Below are positions 25,229 to 37,290 of a stretch of DNA of 64,000 nucleotides, in pieces. The notes under the pieces were generated by a model. That model was not told where the DNA came from, made no database searches, and saw only the letters and a list, made by a program, of their open reading frames with translations. The position numbers were made by a program, and so were the translations under genes. Source of the DNA: Octopus vulgaris. Taxonomy: Eukaryota. Position 1 is the first letter of the stretch; each line of letters begins with the position of its first letter. The stretch is taken from contig OX597825.1 of assembly GCA_951406725.2 (NCBI GenBank), forward strand, positions 72,292,001 to 72,356,000, in the 5' to 3' direction.

Positions 25229-28002
25229 CAGTAGACTTCGGATATAACAGACAATCACTTATAACGGACAAAATTGTCTGGTACGGATTTTCGCAATGGA
25301 AATTTCATATAGATTTCGGCTCCTGTAACGCTTCTGTGACACTCGCTTATAACGGACGATTTTTTCGGCACCAATATTAAAAAAACAATGTAAAGAACCT
25401 TGGTTATCTTTTAACTAATAAATATGTTTTAAGCAATGTTTTGATTTGTTTCTAGCAAATCTAGTTGGTTTGCACGTCGCTTTTCAATTTTTAGTTTGCT
25501 AGCGTATTTTTTAATATTTTCTTAAATATTTAATTTGCTCACGTATGTTTTAATATTTTTTTAGATATAAAATTGCTCTCGTATGTTTTAATAGTGTTTT
25601 TTTAATGTTTAATTTGCTTGCGTATTTTTAATATTCTTTTAGGTATTTAATTTGCTCGCGTATGTTTTTAATATCACTGTTTACTTTGCTCCTGTATATG
25701 TTAATGTTTTGACTGTTATTTCCAGCAACTGTAGTTGATTTGCTCGTAGCTTTTAAATATTTAACTTAATCGTGTATGTTTTAATGTTTTTCACTGTTAT
25801 TTCTAATGCTTTGACATGCCGGCGGCCCCTCTATTTTCGCCACTGTGGTAGACGATAGAAGAGGCAGCGAACGCGCTGTTTTCTGATTGGCTGAAAAACT
25901 GAAATTCTGAAATTAATCACAATTTGAACACCTATAACATATTCGCAAAATTTTTCTGGAATAAATGAATAACAAATTATGATTTAGCGTTTTTTTTTCC
26001 TTTTTGAAGATTTCCACTTACAGTGATGAAAACTATAAAGATCCATACGTTTTTGTCTCATTTACGTCCTTTTGTTGGGCGAATTTGTATATTTTCGTGT
26101 TGAATTTTCCATTTCCATTGAACATGATCAGTTCGAAAAGGAAAAAGGGTGCTCTAACCACCGATGAAAAGTTGGAAATTTTAGAATATTGTAACAAGAA
26201 TAGCTCGATGAAAAAGACAGCTACCGCATTACACGTTGAAATTCCAGAGCAGACACTCAGTGACATTATTAAAAACAAGGACAAGATCTGAGAGGAATCG
26301 AGACAGAAGGACACGAGACCAGACACTTCTTCTAGAAAGCGATTCCGTGTGACAAATTATGATGTGCAGAAAATTTTACTCCAAGCCGGATTTACGTATT
26401 CATGGGGAAATGTTGATACAGAAAGCTGCATATTTTGCGAAGGAATTCAACCATGCAAACATTTTGCATGGATTGAAAGGTGGAAGAAACGCTGGAATGT
26501 AGAAAAATCCTGAAGTCAGGTGAATCCGGAGGTGTGGAACTGGATTTGGTTAAGGAGTGGAAGAAGGTGTGATGAACGACGTTCTGACACGCTTTCAAGA
26601 ACGTCACATATTCAATTGTGGCGAGGCTGGTCTTTTTTGGCAAGCCTTGGGTTTATTGGTGAACAGAATAAATGGAAAAAGCAACCCAAAACGAGAATAA
26701 CTTTTCTGGTCGGCTCCAACATGGACGGATCTGAAAAAATGCCGTTTCTCGCAATAGGTAAAATTGCAAAACCGCGTTATGTACCAGACGAATAAAAAAG
26801 CTTGGATGCGTGGTGACATTTTCGAATCTGAGATGAGAAATTTTGACCGTCGTATGAAACGAAAATCGAAAAGTTGCTATGATCGTCGACAACTGCTCAG
26901 CCCACTCACAAGTTGAACTGAAAAATGTCGAGCCGACCTTCATCTCCCCAAATACCACGTCTGTAACGCAACCTATAGACGCAGGAATTATAAAGAACTT
27001 GAAATTGCACTACAGAAGAATATTGGCTGGCCGATGGCTAACAGTCGCTGAAAACAATCAAGATTTCAAATGGGACATTCTGGATTGTTTACTAGGTGTG
27101 AAATCCAGCTGGAAGATACTCAAATGCAAAACTGTCCGAAGAAAGCCGGTTTCGTCGAACAACCTGCGAACGAAAGTGCGGAAGAGACGAGGGACGTTCG
27201 ATTTGCGGACAATGAAATCCAGGTTGTTGATGATGACTACACGGTTCTTCGAAACATTTGGAATCGTCTAAATGACATTTAGGGCGTAAAACGTCCGCCA
27301 TTAGATGAGTATGTGAACATCGATTCGGCTAATGTCAGTACTACCGAACGTTGGGCTTACGAGGACATTGTCGCAGAATTGAGAAGCTCTGCAGATGACA
27401 CTGTGCTGATATCGACGAAGCTGGTGATGGTGATGATGGGAATGCGGAAGGTGGTAAATCCAATACTCCTCCTACAAGTGGTGATGCATATTCCGCATCT
27501 TGAATACTTTGCGACGGTTTGGTCTCTCTCGACAGAATGGCCAGAGGCGGAAGGCGTTTTCGATTGAACAGTGGAAACAGAGAAACTGATTCACAAGAAT
27601 ACTATGTATTCTTGTGATTCAAAAGAATACATAGTATTCTTGTGAATCAATTTACCATTCTGAAACAAAAGAAAATGACCGATTTTTTCGAACCGAAACC
27701 GAAATAAATGCGTATACGTATGTGAACGCGAACGTCTTCGCATGTACTTCATCTCAAATCTGTCAATTTTACAAGAGTAGATTAGCAACAGTACAGTAAT
27801 TCAATATGCTGATTTTTATTTAGTATTCATGAATCCTGAGATTACAATGTGATGGCTTATCCTGATGAATCTCATCGTATACTGGATGCTCCGTAGAAGG
27901 ATGCGCGGTACAAACGGATTTCACTTCGTTTCCGGTTATAACTGATAATCGGATATAACCGACAAATTTTCCCGAGGTGTCTGTTTTATCCGAAGTCTAC
28001 TG
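25229..28002 (+). mobile_element. Full-length decayed pogo/Tigger-family DNA transposon (~2.77 kb)
   Basis: TIRs are CAGTAGACTTCGGATATAACAGACA (from 25229) and TGTCTGTTTTATCCGAAGTCTACTG (to 28002). TA target duplications sit at 25227-28 and 28003-04, with transposase remnants inside. Confidence 0.95.
26124..27690 (+). pseudogene. Tigger/pogo transposase pseudogene (CENP-B-type HTH plus DDE_1 domain), with multiple stops and frameshifts
   Basis: HTH segment MISSKRKKGALTTDEKLEILEYC...IPEQTLSDIIKNKDKI. Catalytic segments IFNCGEAGLFW (first Asp mutated), RITFLVGSNMDGSEKMPFLAIGK and IVDNCSAH...SPNTTSVTQPIDAGIIKNLKLHYR. The 3' end is approximate. Confidence 0.9.
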
Positions 28003-28064
28003 TAGAACTTTCGTGCATTAAACTATGCAATCTTCATGTTCATATAGAAGTGGTGACAGTTCTA

Positions 28065-28294
28065 GGCGGCGAGCTGGCAGAAACGTTAGCACGCCGGGCG
28101 AAATGCTTAGCGGTATTTCGTCTGCTGCTACGTTCTGAGTTCAGATTCCGCCGAGGTCGACTTTGCCTTTCATTCTTTCGGGGGTGATTAAATAAGTACC
28201 ACTTACGCACTGGGGTCGATATAATCGACTTAATCCGTTTGTCTATCCTTGTTTGACCCCTCTGTGTGTAGCCCCTTGTGGGCAGTAAAGAAGA
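28065..28294 (+). mobile_element. SINE family A monomer, 14-bp TSD
   Basis: TSD AAGTGGTGACAGTT at 28048-28061 and 28295-28308. Confidence 0.9.
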
Positions 28295-28955
28295 AAGTGG
28301 TGACAGTTATGTTTTACAATTTACAACTGTATTGGGATGGCTAAAATGTGTGCCTTAAATACATAGACTGCAGAATGTCGTTGTCGTTGTCGTCGTCGTC
28401 GTTGTGGTCATGGTCGTGGTGGTCGTCGTAGTGGTCGTCGTCGTGGCTGTGCTCGTGGTGGTCGTGGTAGGAGTAGCTGTGTTAATAGAACTTTAAACCT
28501 AAATAAGATTATTTTTACTGACTTTTCCCTTGACTTAACTAGTATTTTCCTGCTATCATCATCATGAGCACCTTTACTATTGTTGTTGTTGTTGTTAGTG
28601 GTAGTGGTCGTAGCAGTAGAAATAGTATCTCTAAATATTAGTACTATTGTGTATTTAGTGTGGGTTGGAAAGTTCTTTTCTCTGTTTTTCACTTTGACTG
28701 AGGAATTTGTAGAATGGAAATATTATAAATATTTTCCGACCCCATGTTGCTAGATTGTTACTCAAAGGTACCTGACGGACATCTTTTTGATGTCTTTTGT
28801 TTTGTTTTGTTTTTGTTTTGCGAACTAATTTATTATAGTGAATATAGTTAGGTGTGTGTGTGTAATTATGAGGTAGGTTACTAAGTCTAGGTTACTAGAA
28901 CTTGGAGTTCTAGCTCTTCATCATTAAATGAGGAAGAGAGAGAGGAAGAGAGTAA

Positions 28956-30822
28956 TGTCATAACATCTATTCTGAGCAAGTAAATATTTCTTCTATTCCA
29001 CATTTTACACTACAAAAAAAAACGATAATTAAATAGAGTTTAAAGATTTCAAATTTATATTCAATGGGTTTATTATTCTTCCTCTCACTTTTATAAACAC
29101 TATTTAGTTTCAAAGGCTAAACCGATCATTCTAGCTTTCATACCTACACCTTGAAACCTCAATGGATTAAATAATGTAAACACTTTCTAATCATGTCAAA
29201 TTTACTTATTTCTAATTAGATTTGAAAATTAAAGAACAACCTTCATCAGATTTCGATCATTATTCGAATCTCATCAAGCTAGGAACTATATCGATTCATC
29301 CCAATTGTCTGAATGAAGCTGACCGATACATCTGTACTCATCTCTTGTCCGTTGCACATGAATTTATTTTATGAATGCTTTTAAATATTTTCATAGATGT
29401 AAGCCTTAACAAGTCATGTTGAGCACTACCCGGCTTCTATGATGTATAAGCAACCGAGATTACAACATTCAGCCTGAACAGGAAGCCAGTCCGTTGCAGG
29501 GCTCCTCATTTACACCTGAGAGGTCTAAATCAACGTGGAATAACGTGTTTTATTCAAAAATACACTGCACCGTCCGGTCCGGGATTCAGAAGCACGATTT
29601 TGCGATCTTAAGTGCAACACACTATCCATTGGGCCAGACGCACTTACTAACCTGGCTAAAATAACGAGAAATCGATTATCATATTTTCGACATAGTTTAT
29701 AGCATACACATGCAGTGTAATCATTCAAACATCCGCACTATCTCTCCAAATCCTCCAGCGTCTCACATTGAATCTTTTGTTCTCCAAAGTCGTCTTGGTG
29801 TATATGTCGACCTATCTTTTCTGACTTGAAATTCTACTTGTATGCCGGATATTAGGAACCTAGAGGATGCCAAAGTATCAGACGAGTAGCTTCTTTTGAA
29901 GAGCTGAGTATCTTCCCTCTAGTGGCAAATACACTTTATAAGATATCCACGGATGTATTTCAGATAAGAGGGAATCTAGCAGCTCATCCTGTTTTTCACG
30001 TGAAGTTTTTAGTGTGAGGTGTAGATCGCGTATTTTCTGATAATGTTAGTGATGCAGATGCGAGAAAATGCTTACAACTTAAAATCAAAATCAGATCTTG
30101 GCCTCGCTTCGGACTGCACAAAACTTTCCATTTTGATTTGTATATATTGGGTAGTCCGGAAAGTTTGTGCCGATTTTTAAAGGAAAGAAAAATGTCAATA
30201 CATACTTGCCATTACATTTTTAATCAACCAAATATGAACCATTTTGTTGCACAATGCGTCTCCATCTTTCCTTTAACTTGAAAATATCCTCTTCCCAGAA
30301 TTGAGGTGCCTGGGAGGGTAAGTCGAAAGGTAAGCTACTATAAAATCGGCACGAACTTTCCGGACAACCCAATATTTCTATCACATGACAGAAATACAAC
30401 TTTACGTTTAAGTGTCTATTTTATGACTTAATCAGAAAAGGCTGAGCAGAGATATCCGGATTTAATTCTAAGAGTGTCTAGGAACAAAAGCCATGTTTTC
30501 TAAGTGTAGGGAATGTTGTCCACTGAATTATAATAAAAAATTGTGAACAAAAAACTACAGAGAAATAAGTAATTTTGACATGATTGGAAGGTATTCACAT
30601 TATTTAATCCACTGAGGTTTCGAGGTGTAAGTATGAAAGCTAGAACTATCGGTTTAGCCTTTGAAGCTTAATATTGTTTATAATAGTGCGAGGAAGTATA
30701 ATTAACCGATTAAATATAAATTTAAAATCTTTATACTCTATTTAATTATCTTCTTTTTTTGTTGTAGTGTAAAACGTGGAATAGAAGAAAAATTTACTTG
30801 CTCAGAATAGATGATACTGACA
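28956..30822. mobile_element. Non-autonomous foldback DNA element with ~255-bp terminal inverted repeats and TGT...ACA ends
   Basis: 28956-~29212 is the diverged reverse complement of ~30561-30822. Ends are TGTCA/TGACA and flanks are GTAA/GTAT, a possible decayed 4-bp TSD. Confidence 0.8.
30147..30372 (-). mobile_element. Mariner-derived MITE nested in the foldback element
   Basis: TIRs TTGGGTAGTCCGGAAAGTTTGTGCCGATTTT and AAAATCGGCACGAACTTTCCGGACAACCCAA with TA TSD. The internal minus strand encodes a mariner C-terminus, FWEEDIFKLKERWRRIVQQNGSYLVD*. Confidence 0.9.
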
Positions 30823-31216
30823 GTATTTCTATTCAATATGTCGAGGAGTAAATCTAAATAACCGACTTCACTTCCGGTTTACTTCCTTGTCATCCGGTCA
30901 AGCTCTTTAATTGAGACATCTGTATTGTAATGGATCTTGTGTAAGTATATCTGTACATGTAACCAAGCCCGTTGCCAGACTTTGTGCCTGGGGGTGCTTC
31001 AGAATATTCTGGGTGTGCATTAATTTGTATTTTCTAAACTGTATTTTCTAAATCTGAGAGTGAACCATTGAATAGTGAGGGGTCAGTACCGTCCAATGCT
31101 AGCCCCCACTCCTTAGCGACCTACGTGTATGCAAACTAAATACAGCCAGTTCTTTCACTGCCTGTCATATTCCACCAATATTACGGATATCCCACACAAG
31201 CTATTCCACCAGCAAA

Positions 31217-31433
31217 CAGCCTTAAATCAATGAGATAAAAAGTGTAAACGAGAGAAAAAAGAGAGAGTGAGATTATTTGATGACAGACGGCAGAGTATCG
31301 TCTGGTCTACAGCTAACTGAGATTCAGCCTTAAATCAATGAGATAAAAAGTGTAAACGAGAAGGAAAAAAAGAGAGTGAGGTTATTTGATGACAGACAAC
31401 AGAGTATCGTCTGGTCTACAGCTAACTGAGATT
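31217..31433 (+). repeat. Tandem duplication, 2 x ~108 bp
   Basis: CAGCCTTAAATCAATGAG...CAGCTAACTGAGATT occurs at 31217-31324 and 31325-31433. Confidence 0.95.
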
Positions 31434-31739
31434 TATTCCGACCACCGCCACTACAACTACAATAACGGGTGACGTCATTTTATGTCGGCTGGTCTTAGTG
31501 TTTAACAAAGGAAATTTGGTCACTTAACGAGCTGGAAAAAGTAAGTAAAACTCTTGCAAATAGTCTTTTGCAGTCTTAAATAAATGAGATATTGGATAAT
31601 ATAGCACCCTTAACTGAATTACCTGATCTTGAATTAAAGGATATGTAACAGAAAATTCCACAAACATAGGTTCCCATCACAATTTTCAGATAAAATCAGC
31701 ATGACACAGTTTGTAGCAAGGTTTTACCCTTTGAATTAG

Positions 31740-32650
31740 AAGTACAGTCCACCATTTTGGCTTCTATGCAGTTTTCATAAAATTAGTTTCATTCACAAGT
31801 GTAAGGTTCGCGTCAAATCTATCAAAAAAAAGAACATCAGACCAGTACCAGGCAGGGCTTCAAATCTGGAGCCTTATGCTCGTATAGAATCAGCAAACCT
31901 AGTAGTGACTTTAGTAGGCTTGACAAGCGTCTCTGGTCGCGCTATACGATATTTATCCAAACTAAAGTTAGAGCTTATAGCACATGTGTACTACTTATCA
32001 TTGCTCTATGGAAGTGACATGAGTTGTTTATAGTGAGCATTCGAGGCATTTGGAACGATTACATCAATACTGTGTTAATGAAATTTTGGAATAAATTGGA
32101 GAATGGTGAACAGTGATGTAGAGGTATTCGAGAAAAGTTGTAGTAGGAGTGTGGAATCGATCATTCTGCAAAATCGTTTGAGGTGGGGTGGGCATCTGGT
32201 GAGAATAAATGATAAAAGACTTCCTAAGCAACTTTTGTATGGTGAGCTGGAAGATTGAAAAGGGCCAGCACATAAGGTTTTATAATTATTTAGTTGAGGT
32301 AAATTATTTTTGCAATTTTATAGTGTTTATTTCAATTATAACTACTTTTGTATCATGAGGTTCAATGGCTGCTTTAAAAGTGCTTTGACGCAGACAGGAA
32401 TTTCAGATGCTATTTGGGAGAGAGAAGCACAAGACCGAAATGGATGGAGGAAAAGAGTGAACAGTGGTTGTTCGAAATTTGAAAGAGAGAGAATGAAGCA
32501 CGGGATGATCAAGAGAAAAGTTAGAAAGTATAAACCAATAGAAAATTAAAGGAGTGTTGTTTTTTACTTGTGTGATTTGTACGAGGAAATGTTTGAGTCA
32601 TACAGACCAGGTCAGCCACGAGAGAAGTTACAGGAATCAACACTTTGTAA
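31740..32650 (+). mobile_element. Decayed RTE-clade LINE, 3' part of ORF
   Basis: TKVRAYSTCVL../LLYGS, RLRWGGHLVRINDKRLPKQLLYGEL, IWEREAQDRNGWRKRV and a terminal C2H-type finger FTCVICTRKCLSHTDQVSHER. Stops and frameshifts are present. Confidence 0.85.
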
Positions 32651-33915
32651 ATTGTGATACAGTTGTTGTTCACAACAGAACCATGTGCAACCTGTGGATA
32701 GGTGTGCCATTCAGTTGGAGGATTAAAAAGACAAGTCAAAAGACTTCATAATGTGGCACCTGTTCCTTCTGCCGGCCACCACAACTGTACATTATACAAT
32801 AAAATGTCAAAAACTTTGGCAACGCTCAAAAGACATGTAAGAGCCTCACATTGCATTATCAATGGCTCATTTCAATGATTCTTTCTCACAATGACTTTGC
32901 TCGATTCAAGGATGTAGGTGTAGGAAGTTGTAAATCTCGAGCAGTCCGTGGTATGTATAGTACACACCTTTCAGGAACAATAATTTGCTGATGTCGAAGG
33001 TTGTAGGCAGGACTTTAAACTGCATTTGGAATGGGGGCCTGGTACGGGAATTCCTGGATTGTGAGGAGCGTGGGACCACCCTTCAGTCACTATACTTTCC
33101 AGTCTGCTCTAATCCGAAACGGTAGCAACTGATCAGGCCAGAAAACTTGCTTTATGAATCTATGACTCAAGAAGGAGGTTTGATTCCTTTTGAATAGAGT
33201 AAAAATTGTGAGTTAGCAGAATAACTAGGGCGCTGGACAAAATAGGAAGGGATATGAAACGGATGGAAAATAGGAGGAACGGAGAAAATTAAACTGAAAA
33301 GGAGTGTGAGAATAAATGAGAGAGAAAGTGGGGGATACAATAAACATTAATATTTCTACTACAGGCACAAAGCCTAAAAGTTTGGAGCATATGAGTGGGG
33401 TTAGTCGAATACATTGGAACCAGTGGTCAACTGGTACTTACTTTTTGGACATTGAAAAGATGAAAGCCAAAATCGACTTCGGCGGAATTTGAACTCAGAA
33501 CGTAAAGCCACATTAAATGCTGCTTAGGAATTTGGTCAACGTCTTAACGATTCTACCCAACTATGGGTTAACATGCAAGTGAACCACTGGTAGTGAAGGA
33601 CCTGCTAGTTCTCGTTAGAACTTGTTTTGGGAGAAAGTAAACTGGTATAATAAACCTAAACTGCATTTGGATCCTGGTCATCACCTTTGTTGTGTCACTG
33701 GTGTTATAAACTGAATGCATTGAAGTGGTTCCAGTGTTGTGCAATACTTCATCAACTCAAAAGGAATCCACGAACGCGGACTTCTTGGGATCTTGGAACA
33801 TTTTCACGGACTTACTGAGCTTAGGAAGTGGTCTCTCTCAGTCACAAGTTGACTTACATCATGCATCTATATCTATTTATATATGCATATATAAATAAAT
33901 TCATACACACATACC

Positions 33916-33946
<31 letters not shown>

Positions 33947-34000
33947 GCATATATAACTAAATATATACACATATATATATACACACACACAGATACGTAA

Positions 34001-34031
<31 letters not shown>

Positions 34032-34191
34032 TGTATGTATACGCATTCTCACACATACACATATATATTCTTGGGGGGAAGCCTTCGACTTCTGTCCAAG
34101 AGGGTTCTTCAACCCGACGCTATTATTTCTAGCTTTTTATATTTCAAGATCCACTGTTCCAAATAGATAGATAGATAGATAGATGATAGAT

Positions 34192-34296
<105 letters not shown>

Positions 34297-34561
34297 TCTT
34301 TTACCATTTACTTGTTACAGTCATTAGACTGCAGCCATGCTGGGGTACCTCCTTGAAGAATTTTAGTCGAATGAATAGACCCCAGTACTTATTTTTTTTT
34401 TTTGCAAAGCCTGGTACTTATTCTATCGGTATTTTGCTGATCTGCTAAGTTACGTGCAAGTAAACACACACCAATACCGGTTATCAAAATAGTGGAGGGT
34501 ACAGACACAAAGATACACATACGCACATACGTGTGTGTGTCTTTGTCTGTACCTCCACCAC

Positions 34562-34639
<78 letters not shown>

Positions 34640-35220
34640 GTGTACATATACGACGGGTTTCAGTTTCCGCCTACCAAATCCATTCACAAGGCTATGTTCG
34701 TCCTGAGGCCATAGTAGAAGACACTTGCCCAAGGTTCCAAGCAGTGGGACTGAACCTGGAACCATATGGTTGGGAATAAGCCTCTTACTACACAGACACG
34801 CATTTTTGCAAGGAAAGAGAAAAGAACTATCTTTGTGCCTATCGAAATTTATCGATTATTGAAGCTAAACACAAAACCACACAATGAAAAAAAGAAGAAA
34901 ACACATTTTCATATCATCAAGACAACGATTTAATGAGTTTTTAAAATACTTTAATGATCATTTGGTTGCAACAGTTTCCATAATCGTGATCCTATTGATA
35001 CTCATGTACAACAAGCATCAGTAGGTTCTTCCAGTTTCATCTTCATCGCCTTCCCTCTTTATAAACACTAGTTAAGTCACAATGTTTCGAGACATCGTTC
35101 TGATCAGTAGGAACAGAACGAGTCAAGGAACATAACATTTCAAACAAGAAAAATAACAAGAAAAAGATGGGGGTTGAGAGGAAAATGTATTGAATAACTG
35201 AAAGAATAACGTTGTGTTAT

Positions 35221-35413
35221 TTTATTCAACTTTTCTATCCTTTCCTTTTTCTTACTTCTCTGAATATTTTCTCTTCTTTTATTGTTAAAATTTTTCAGAC
35301 ATTATCCCTCTCTCTCTTTCGCTTCAGTTGGTTGTTTAATTATTTTTTTTTCAATTAAGATCTTTCTTTTAATAGTTTACCCAATTAATTAATTAATTTT
35401 TTTCTGTTTTATT
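35221..35413 (-). promoter_or_regulatory. Candidate polyadenylation signals in the AstC 3' UTR
   Basis: Minus-strand AATAAA at 35413-35408, 35283-35278 and 35226-35221, downstream of the stop at 35601. The AT-rich context makes chance matches likely. Confidence 0.3.
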
Positions 35414-35600
35414 TTATAAGAAAGGATCAAATAGTCAAGAAGGAAACATGGAAAGAATTGTTACGGGTGAGAGTTTAATTTGTCAATAAAGGACAAGTTC
35501 ACATTATCCGGCACCCTCAAAACATCGGCCTCCATGTATGTATCGCAGATGGCAACGGGGTGTCGTTCAGTTATTGTTGTGTAGACAAAATTGGTCGTTT

Positions 35601-35771
35601 TTAGTAACAGGAAACTGCCTGGAAATAGCAAGCTGTGATGACGGCACGCTTTCTTTGGATCTCTTTCAATTCGTGTTCAGTGCCACCGTAATCTCGGAAA
35701 GTTTCGTAAGCAACGTCAAGTAAGCGGTGTAGTAAACGATTAGCCAGCTGCCTCTCCCGCGAAATCTCGCT
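35601..35771 (-). CDS. AstC: Allatostatin-C precursor, terminal coding exon containing the mature peptide AVITACYFQAVSCY
   Basis: An acceptor TTTGTTCTGTTCTCGTTGCAG| precedes 56 codons, SEISRERQLANRLLHRLLDVAYETFRDYGGTEHELKEIQRKRAVITACYFQAVSCY-TAA. An RKR convertase site precedes a C-terminal C-x6-C-aromatic peptide, the AstC signature (cf. arthropod CYFNPISCF and CAFNAVSCF). Confidence 0.93.
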   Translation of the reverse strand, partial: SEISRERQLANRLLHRLLDVAYETFRDYGGTEHELKEIQRKRAVITACYFQAVSCY

Positions 35772-35899
35772 CTGCAACGAGAACAGAACAAACGTAAGAA
35801 TAATGATAAAATAAAATAAATATATTTACATGCATTGTAAAACAAATCGCTAAATCTTCTTGTTCATCGTTCCCTATTTGTGTGTGTGTAAGTATGTAG

Positions 35900-35973
<74 letters not shown>

Positions 35974-36103
35974 GTAAAAAATATATATACAAACTGGGAC
36001 AAGAACGTGAAACACCTAGAAGACGACACAAGAAACACAGGACGGGACATTCGAAGCCCTCAATCATCAGTCAAGGACCGGATCATCTTCGCAATTTCGG
36101 CTG

Positions 36104-36164
<61 letters not shown>

Positions 36165-36653
36165 CCACGAAATGCGCGTAGTCTTTTTACTACTATTTAC
36201 TATTTATTGTACTTTATTGATTTTTAGAATAATTTTTTTTTATAGTATATGTTTCTAGATGGTGTGAATAACATCTTTCTTTATTGAATTGTTTAACAGA
36301 GGTTTTTTCTCTAGATTATATATATATATATATAGTTCTAATAAAGCAAAAGACGGATACAGGTCGGTGAGGGAACAACGCTATGGAAGAATGGAAAAGT
36401 GTTTCACGTCTCGAGCCTACGCTTTTCAGCAGTAACGGTAAAGAGGAAAATTCTCTCATTTATTTCTTTGTTTATATATATATATACATATATGTATGTA
36501 TATATACATGAATTCACACACCAGCATACATACAGTCATACGTATACGCAAGAAGGCGAGTAAGCTGAAATATACTTACAAAACTTTAAAAATGTATTCC
36601 ATTAAAATATCAAAAACACATTGAGTAATCCTTCAGGGGAAGGTTATTTTTTT

Positions 36654-36701
<48 letters not shown>

Positions 36702-36755
36702 ACTGTACGTACCCCCACACATACATGCACATTCACACACACATACGTGTGTATG

Positions 36756-36793
<38 letters not shown>

Positions 36794-37224
36794 TACACAC
36801 ACACATTCTATTCTATTTCGTAGGCAGATCCTATGAGATATAATTAAACATTTTATACGAAGCGTGACAGTTTTTGGTGATTGGACAAAATTCATATGTG
36901 TGTTTTTGTTTACTTCTTTTTTCTTTTTCTTCTTAGAAAGTTGTTTAGCAATGGAAATGGAAATCAGAGAAAGTTCTCAGTATCTCAATATCTTAATGCT
37001 TTTAGAGACCTCCCCCCCCATCCTGTGAAATATTTCGCCAAAATACTATTTGTTACACCGCATACAAACGTGAAAAAATTGTGAAATAAACGAAGTTATA
37101 AATATATATATTATATTATATTATATTATATTATATTACATTATATTATATACATATGCATATATTTAGGTATATATGGAATGTATATGTACGTGTGTGT
37201 GTACGTGCGTGCATGCTTGTCTGT

Positions 37225-37290
<66 letters not shown>

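Noticed and set aside
26004-27567. Possible domesticated TIGD/CENP-B-like host gene
   Set aside because: Stops, frameshifts, a mutated first catalytic Asp and intact TIRs/TSD indicate a dead transposon copy.
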